Below, piece after piece: positions 56,443 to 64,000 of a stretch of 64,000 nt of DNA; within the stretch, counting starts at the first letter, position 1, and each line of letters starts with the position of its first letter. Position numbers and translations under genes: made by a program. The notes beneath the pieces are model-generated. The model worked only from the letters and a program-made list of their open reading frames with translations, was not told where the DNA came from and did no database searches. The stretch is from Acidimicrobiia bacterium (GTDB lineage Bacteria; Actinomycetota; Acidimicrobiia; Spongiisociales; Spongiisociaceae). Location: contig JBFGLM010000009.1 of NCBI GenBank assembly GCA_041576165.1, positions 50,441-114,440 of the forward strand. Reading direction: 5' to 3'.

Positions 56443-56713
56443 CTCAGAAGCCGCTGCATTGAGCCAGCCAGTCCCGGACGTGAGCGTCGCGAACGTAGCC
56501 GGCGAGTGATGTCGGCGAGCGGCATCGCGGGGGGCGACGTTTGCCTCTACCCGGAGCAGTCGATCGATGGTTGCGTGGTAGAGGAGCCGCAAGGGCTGAG
56601 AAATGTGTCGAGCAAAGAAGGTATTGACCTCGACTGACCGTATTCGGAATTGCCTGGCGGACTGCGACGACGTCGTCTCAGTCGTCGGCTACGCGTCCTT
56701 TTCCCGTAGGTAG

Positions 56714-58568
<1,855 letters not shown>

Positions 58569-58572
<4 letters not shown>

Positions 58573-58946
58573 GCGGCCGGCGACGCGATGACCGGGTCTC
58601 ACGCCGATACGGCGAGAGGTTCGGCCGCGTGATCGGGCGCAAGGCTCGGCGGCGCATCGCAGCTCGCCGGGGCCAGCCGGGAGTGTGGTTCTGGCTGGGC
58701 ATGCTCGGATTGATCGGGTGGTCGGTCGCCATACCGACCGTGGTTGGCGTCGCCGTCGGTGTCTGGCTCGATCGGGTGCTCAGTGCCGGATTCTCGTGGA
58801 CCCTCAGCCTTCTCTTCGTGGGCCTCGCGATCGGGGTGCTCAACGCCTGGTTCTGGGTGAGGCAGGAGACGTCGGCGCCGGGCGGGCCCGGCCAGGATCC
58901 ACCACCGTCGTATGCGAGCGGAGCAGGAGATGGCCATGACCATTGA
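58569..58946 (+). CDS. atpQ: N-ATPase AtpQ (AtpZ/AtpI-like) membrane protein
   Basis: LGMLGLIGWSVAIPTVVG...GVWLD...SWTLSL...NAWFW. Confidence 0.88.
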
Positions 58947-59220
58947 CATCGGCGTGGGCCTGATTCTGGGCGTGACAATCGGCCTGTTTTTCTTCGGGGG
59001 CCTGCGTCTCACCCTCGAGTGGCTAGCGAAGGCGAAACGACCCGAGCTGCTGGCAGTCCTGAGCTTCGTCATTCGGATGGCGAGCGTGGCGGGTGTGATG
59101 GTCTGGCTGGCAACGCAAAGCCTCGGATCCGTTGTGGCAGGCCTCGTCGGCCTGTTGGGAGCTCGGACCATCTTGATCACGCGTGCCGGCTCGGCCGGAG
59201 AGGGGCACCGATGGACCTGA
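58930..59220 (+). CDS. atpR: N-ATPase AtpR subunit
   Basis: GLFFFGGLRLT, SFVIR, LLGAR; three hydrophobic helices with two Arg. Confidence 0.85.
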   Translation: MAMTIDIGVGLILGVTIGLFFFGGLRLTLEWLAKAKRPELLAVLSFVIRMASVAGVMVWLATQSLGSVVAGLVGLLGARTILITRAGSAGEGHRWT

Positions 59221-59927
59221 CCCGACTCAGTCCCGACGAGGTCATCCTGTGGGAATGGGGTGTTTTCAAAGTGAACGCCACCCTGGCATTCACGTGGGCG
59301 ATGATGGCCGCTCTCATCGTTGCGTCATGGCTGCTCACCCGTCGCCTCACCTCCGGCCGTGACGTCTCCCGGGTGCAGATGGCGCTCGAGTTGGTAGTGG
59401 ACTACATGCGGGATCAGATCCGAGAAGTGACCGGCGATCGCAACCCCAACCGGTATCTCGCGTTCATCGGAAGTCTGTTCTTGTTCGTCGGGTTTGCTGC
59501 GTTACTCACGATCGTGCCTGGCTTCACGCCTCCCACCGCATCGCTGTCCACGACTGCGGCTCTCGCTCTCGCCGTATTCCTCGCCGTTCCGGCCTACGGC
59601 ATCGCGGTGGAGGGAGTTCGTGACTACGCCCAGCACTACCTCCAGCCGAGCATCGTGATGCTCCCATTCAACATCATCGGGGAGCTGTCACGGACTCTGG
59701 CACTGGCGGTCCGGCTCTTTGGGAACATGATGAGCGGCACCAAGATCGTCGCGGTGCTCGTTGCAGTCGTCCCGTTCATCTTCCCCATCGTGTTCCGTGC
59801 GCTCGGCCTGCTGACGGGGATGATTCAGGCCTACATATTTGCCGTTCTGGCCCTGGTGTACATCGCCAGCGGTATGCGGACCCAAGCAGAGCGGTCCACC
59901 TTCGATAGCGAAAGGAAGGCCGACTGA
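59211..59927 (+). CDS. atpB: N-ATPase subunit a
   Basis: PPTASLSTT, PFNIIGELSRTLALAVRLFGNMMSG, IQAYIF. Confidence 0.94.
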   Translation: MDLTRLSPDEVILWEWGVFKVNATLAFTWAMMAALIVASWLLTRRLTSGRDVSRVQMALELVVDYMRDQIREVTGDRNPNRYLAFIGSLFLFVGFAALLTIVPGFTPPTASLSTTAALALAVFLAVPAYGIAVEGVRDYAQHYLQPSIVMLPFNIIGELSRTLALAVRLFGNMMSGTKIVAVLVAVVPFIFPIVFRALGLLTGMIQAYIFAVLALVYIASGMRTQAERSTFDSERKAD

Positions 59928-60193
59928 TGGATGCTCAAACGATCATCGGCATGGTCTCGATCATGACTGCCGGCTTCACCATTGCAGTCGGCTCGATTGG
60001 CCCGGCATTCGGTGAGGCTCGAGCGCTCGACCGGGCGCTGGCGGCCATCGCCCAGCAACCCGACGAGGCCGGCAACATAACTCGGACGGCGTTTGTTGGC
60101 CTCGCTTTCATCGAGTCCACGGCCATCTACGCGTTCGTGATCTCGATCATCCTCATCTTCGCCAATCCGTTTTGGAACCAGGTTGTCCCATGA
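59927..60193 (+). CDS. atpE: N-ATPase subunit c with Na+-binding signature
   Basis: GPAFGE, QQPD, IESTAIY, FANPFW. Confidence 0.95.
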   Translation: MDAQTIIGMVSIMTAGFTIAVGSIGPAFGEARALDRALAAIAQQPDEAGNITRTAFVGLAFIESTAIYAFVISIILIFANPFWNQVVP

Positions 60194-60233
60194 CCGGCAA
60201 CGCAGCCCCTGAGCCGGAAAGGCCGCGCTTGAC

Positions 60234-61109
60234 ATGCTGATCGATTGGTTCACGGTCGTTGCGCAACTCGTCAACTTCCTGATCATCGTGATCGTGCTGA
60301 AGGTGCTGCTCTTCGAACGCGTGGTGAGGATCATCGACCAGCGCCGGCAGATGATCTCTGCGCAGCTGGAGGAAACTGAGGAGCAGAACACTCGAGCCCA
60401 ACTGGCCATCGAGAACTACGAATCTCGGCGTAGGGAGCTGGAGGCGCACCGACATGAGCTGGCCCACGATGCGAAGAAGGAAGCGGCCGCGGTGCATCAG
60501 CGCCTCGTCGATGAGGCGCGTCGGGATGTCGAACACCGAGCCCATGAGTGGAGGGCCTCACTGGAGAGACAGCACCAGGAGCTCGTCGGCGACATGGTGC
60601 GCCGCAGTGGCGACGCGGCGTTGGCCCTCAGCCGCCGGGCCCTGGCCGACCTCGCCGGCCTCGACCTGGAGGCCCGGCTCATCGACCGGTTCGTCGTCGA
60701 ACTCAAGAGCCTCGACGACGCTGAGCGGGTGCGAATAGCCGAGACCGTGGTCGACCATCCCGTCACGATTGTGACTTCCTTCGAGCTCGATCCAGACCTG
60801 CGCGAGCAGCTGGAATCGGTTGTTCGCGACTTCGCCGGCGTCGGGGCCGCCATCAGATACCAGCATGACCAGGAACTGGTCTGCGGCGTGGTCGTGAGGT
60901 TCGGGCCGCGAGAACTCAGCTGGTCGATCGACGGCTACATGGAAGAGATCGCGGAGCACTACGCGCGCTTTCTCCGTGAGCACATCGAGGACCCGCCGCA
61001 CCCGCAGATCGAGGCGGACGAGGCTGACGCCCAACGGCTGCCCTCGGATGACCTGTTCACGCCGGCCGCCGGCCCGGGTGCTGGGCGCGTTGAGGGTGAG
61101 AGCATGTGA
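60234..61109 (+). CDS. atpF: N-ATPase subunit b (b/delta-like fusion)
   Basis: MLIDWFTVVAQLVNFLI, coiled coil, C-terminal ELVCGV...SWSIDGY. Confidence 0.92.
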   Translation: MLIDWFTVVAQLVNFLIIVIVLKVLLFERVVRIIDQRRQMISAQLEETEEQNTRAQLAIENYESRRRELEAHRHELAHDAKKEAAAVHQRLVDEARRDVEHRAHEWRASLERQHQELVGDMVRRSGDAALALSRRALADLAGLDLEARLIDRFVVELKSLDDAERVRIAETVVDHPVTIVTSFELDPDLREQLESVVRDFAGVGAAIRYQHDQELVCGVVVRFGPRELSWSIDGYMEEIAEHYARFLREHIEDPPHPQIEADEADAQRLPSDDLFTPAAGPGAGRVEGESM

Positions 61110-62641
61110 GCATTCCAGACCGCATCGATGTGCAAGAGCGGCTAGGCCGCAGGTCGCCACCCATCGAGGAAGCTCTCGCGGGGTTCGACTGGAAACCGCG
61201 GCTTACCGAACACGGCGAAGTCGATCACATCGAGGGCGGAGTTGTTCAGGTCAGCGGTTTGCCGGGCGTCCAGTCCGAGGAGCTCCTGCGCTTTCCGAAC
61301 GGATGCCTTGGCCTTGCCTACAACCTGGACCACGATCGCATCGGCGTCATCCTGCTCGACGACCCGGAGGCCATCGATGCGGGAGATCGGGTGCGGCGGA
61401 CGGGCCGGGTGGTGAGTGCGCCCGTGGGAGAAGCCGTTCTGGGCCGGGTCATCGATCCGGCGGGGCGTTCCCACGACGGGCTGGAGACGTTGGAGCACAT
61501 GGCCCACAACCCGATCGAGCGGCCATCACCATCGATCATCGACCGCGCGCCGGTTGACACACCTCTCCAAACGGGGATCAAAGCAATCGACGCGCTCATC
61601 CCCATCGGGCGAGGTCAACGAGAGCTGATCCTCGGAGACCGCCAAACCGGGAAGACCGCCATTGCCGTCGACGCCATCATCAATCAGCGTCATACCGGGG
61701 TGCTGTGCGTGTATTGCGCCGTCGGACAGCGCAGCTCCACCATCGCCAAAGTCGTCGACGATCTACGGCGGCACCGTGCGCTGAGATACACCGTTGTCGT
61801 GGCGACCACCGCAGGAGACCCTGCCGGACTTCAGTTCGTTGCCCCTTATGCGGCCACCACCATGGCGGAATACTTCCGGGATGTCGGCCGGGACGTGCTC
61901 ATTGTTTATGACGATCTGACTCGCCATGCGCGGGCGTACCGGGAGTTGTCTCTGCTATTGCGCCGTCCGCCCGGACGGGAGGCATATCCGGGCGACATCT
62001 TCTATATCCACTCTCGATTGCTCGAGCGGTCGGCCCACCTGGCGGAACGCCTCGGCGGCGGTTCCATGACCGCCCTACCGATCATCGAAACGCAAGCCGA
62101 GAATCTCGCCAGTTACATCCCCACCAATCTCATCTCCATAACAGACGGTCAGATATTCCTCTCTGCGCGACTCTTCCGGCAAGGACAGCTGCCGGCCATC
62201 GATGTTGCCCGCTCGGTCTCACGAGTAGGCGGCCGGGCTCAGCTACCTGCGTATCGAGGAGTGGTGTCCGACCTTCGCTTGGCGTATGCCCAGTTCGAGG
62301 AGCTGGAACGGTTCAGCCGCTACGGAGCTCGACTGGAAGAAAGTCGGCAACAGGCGCTCGAGCGGGGCCGGCGAGTACGCCAGGTGCTTCGCCAGCACCA
62401 GTACTCACCGTTGCCGGTAGTCGAACAAATCGCAGCACTGGTAGCGGTAACCGGGGGTGCCCTCGATGAGGTTGAGCCCGAACGGGTGAGTGAACTGACG
62501 ACCGCCATGAGCGAAGATCTCGTGAGGTCCATGCCGGAGTTATTCGAAGCGGTCGAGGCCGGTCGCGGACTCACGACCGAAGACGTCGAGCAGATCCGCT
62601 CGGCAGTGTGGTCGGCGGTGGAGCCTCGTCGGACGGGTTGA
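61106..62641 (+). CDS. atpA: N-ATPase subunit alpha
   Basis: PIGRGQRELILGDRQTGKT, RRPPGREAYPGDIFYIHSRLLER, SITDGQIFL. Confidence 0.96.
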   Translation: MSIPDRIDVQERLGRRSPPIEEALAGFDWKPRLTEHGEVDHIEGGVVQVSGLPGVQSEELLRFPNGCLGLAYNLDHDRIGVILLDDPEAIDAGDRVRRTGRVVSAPVGEAVLGRVIDPAGRSHDGLETLEHMAHNPIERPSPSIIDRAPVDTPLQTGIKAIDALIPIGRGQRELILGDRQTGKTAIAVDAIINQRHTGVLCVYCAVGQRSSTIAKVVDDLRRHRALRYTVVVATTAGDPAGLQFVAPYAATTMAEYFRDVGRDVLIVYDDLTRHARAYRELSLLLRRPPGREAYPGDIFYIHSRLLERSAHLAERLGGGSMTALPIIETQAENLASYIPTNLISITDGQIFLSARLFRQGQLPAIDVARSVSRVGGRAQLPAYRGVVSDLRLAYAQFEELERFSRYGARLEESRQQALERGRRVRQVLRQHQYSPLPVVEQIAALVAVTGGALDEVEPERVSELTTAMSEDLVRSMPELFEAVEAGRGLTTEDVEQIRSAVWSAVEPRRTG

Positions 62642-62644
62642 GCG

Positions 62645-63517
62645 ATGAACGTCATCGAGTTGCTGCAACGCAAGCTCAACGTGGGTGAGGAGCTGCACTC
62701 GGTCGTCCGGACCATGAAAGCCACCGCAGCCGTGAGCATTCGCGAACACGAAGTTGCCGTCGAGTCGTTGCGGAGGTATTCCCACACCGTCGATGACGCC
62801 TACCGGATCCTGCTCGGCAATCGACCTGATATAGCCGTTGATGTCGAGTGGCGTGCCACCGGCCGTACGGCGGCGATCGTGTTTGGATCGGATCAGGGCT
62901 TGTGTGGATCGTTCAACCGCGACATCGTTCGCTACGCGGCGCACACGCTCGACGCCCCAGGCACCGACGATCCGCTCGTCGCCGTGCTCGGCTTCCGGGC
63001 CGAGCGCGGCCTGGCGGAGCTGGGATACGAGCCTCGGGTGTTTCAACTGCCGAATTCGGTCGAAGCGATGGGAGAGGTAGTGAGGGACCTCATCCTGGCA
63101 ATCGACGATTGGCGAGCCCGGGAGGCGGTTGCGCGGGTGGTCGCATTTCATCATCGACCGTTGGGTCGGACGAGACACGCCGCCACTATGCGGGCGGTGT
63201 TCCCCGTGGATGGCGCACGTTTGCGCCGGCTGGCGGCGGCGCAGTGGCCGACAAGGATGCTGCCGGATTTTTTCGTCGATCCGGCCGTGCTGCTCTCACG
63301 GCTCACACGTGAGGTGCTGTTCGTGAGTTTGTACCGGGCGATCGCGGAGTCACGAACAGCCGAACACGGCGCCCGGCTGCTGTCGATGCAGGCCGCCGAA
63401 AAGAACATCGAGGATGAGCTCGACCGGCTGCGCACCCGGTACCGCCAGATCCGGCAGGCCGACATCGACGCCCAGCTGCGGGACGTTGTGTCCGGCTATG
63501 AAGCGACCCTCCGATGA
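62645..63517 (+). CDS. atpG: N-ATPase subunit gamma
   Basis: VVRTMKA, GSDQGLCGSFN, EHGARLLSMQAAEKNI, RQADID. Confidence 0.94.
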   Translation: MNVIELLQRKLNVGEELHSVVRTMKATAAVSIREHEVAVESLRRYSHTVDDAYRILLGNRPDIAVDVEWRATGRTAAIVFGSDQGLCGSFNRDIVRYAAHTLDAPGTDDPLVAVLGFRAERGLAELGYEPRVFQLPNSVEAMGEVVRDLILAIDDWRAREAVARVVAFHHRPLGRTRHAATMRAVFPVDGARLRRLAAAQWPTRMLPDFFVDPAVLLSRLTREVLFVSLYRAIAESRTAEHGARLLSMQAAEKNIEDELDRLRTRYRQIRQADIDAQLRDVVSGYEATLR

Positions 63518-63646
63518 GGCTGCCCGCATGCTGTGACTGACCTTGGTGGCCGAGTTCACGCCGTGGGGACGCCCGCCTGGTGGGTCGGAATGTCCGCCCG
63601 ACCCGGCTCGGAGGGAGCGGTTCGGATGAAGTCCGGTCGGTCCTCC

Positions 63647-63832
63647 TCAGGCGGTGGTGGTGTCCCCCTGGCCGTAGATCGTACGCCAGCACTTCTTAGT
63701 GTGAGCGTCGTCGAAGTTGGGACAGGGTGGCAGCGACTCTGTGGACGCTATCTGCAGTCCTTCGCCACAGCCGGCGTATTCGAAGGCACCGCCCGAAACG
63801 TTGCTGCCGTACTCGATGCAGCTGTTGTCCAT
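63647..63832 (-). CDS. Small zinc-ribbon-like protein, possibly degenerate
   Basis: MDNSCIEYGSNVSGGAFEYAGCG...SLPPCP...KKCW; the first CxxC appears as YAGC. Confidence 0.35.
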   Translation of the reverse strand: MDNSCIEYGSNVSGGAFEYAGCGEGLQIASTESLPPCPNFDDAHTKKCWRTIYGQGDTTTA

Positions 63833-64000
63833 GAGCCATCCTCCAGATCGCGCAGACAACGCGTCTACCCATCCGGACGCGCCGGCTAAACGTCGCTCTC
63901 CTCGTCGGGCTGATCGTGAAATGGCGCTCGAGCTTTGTGAGCCCTCAGCCGCACAGGTCTTCTGCCTGGGCCAGCGCAGCGAGAATGGTTCCACGGTTTG

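Overview
GC-rich actinobacterial DNA, most consistent with Acidimicrobiia. 1-8 kb is core genome: ECF sigma/anti-sigma, serA, pgpA-like, S9 peptidase, FAH family, gltX and tRNA-Glu(TTC). About 8.0-18.1 kb is a decayed island at the tRNA-Glu 3' end, bounded by a 14-bp direct repeat. It holds IS481, IS110 and integrase relics, a cyclase-STAND ATPase, two toxin-antitoxin pairs and TetR/OsmC. 18-33 kb carries ppdK, a CoA-transferase/CitE pair, an amidohydrolase, an AKR, an orphan arsM and a LacI-controlled sugar ABC/fructosidase operon. The main finding is a 20-kb cluster at 33.5-53 kb that interleaves three modules. (i) A gene set with the family composition of bacterial coenzyme M biosynthesis: ComA/XcbB, two aspartase/fumarase-superfamily lyases, a D-cysteine-desulfhydrase-like PLP enzyme and a Cys-rich unknown. 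(ii) A Nit1C/MSMEG_0565-0572-type module with no nitrilase. (iii) FdrA/DUF1116/DUF2877 (AllFGH-like) plus carbamate kinase. The cluster also has a CoA-disulfide-reductase-like flavoprotein and an XRE-cupin regulator. No alkene or epoxide genes occur in the window, which suggests a new, nitrogen-linked use of CoM (inference). 53-56 kb encodes an S8 protease, a Pro/Asp repeat protein and a stand-alone copy of the protease prodomain. 56.7-63.5 kb is a complete N-ATPase operon with Na+ signature residues. All calls come from motif recognition by eye; no searches were run.
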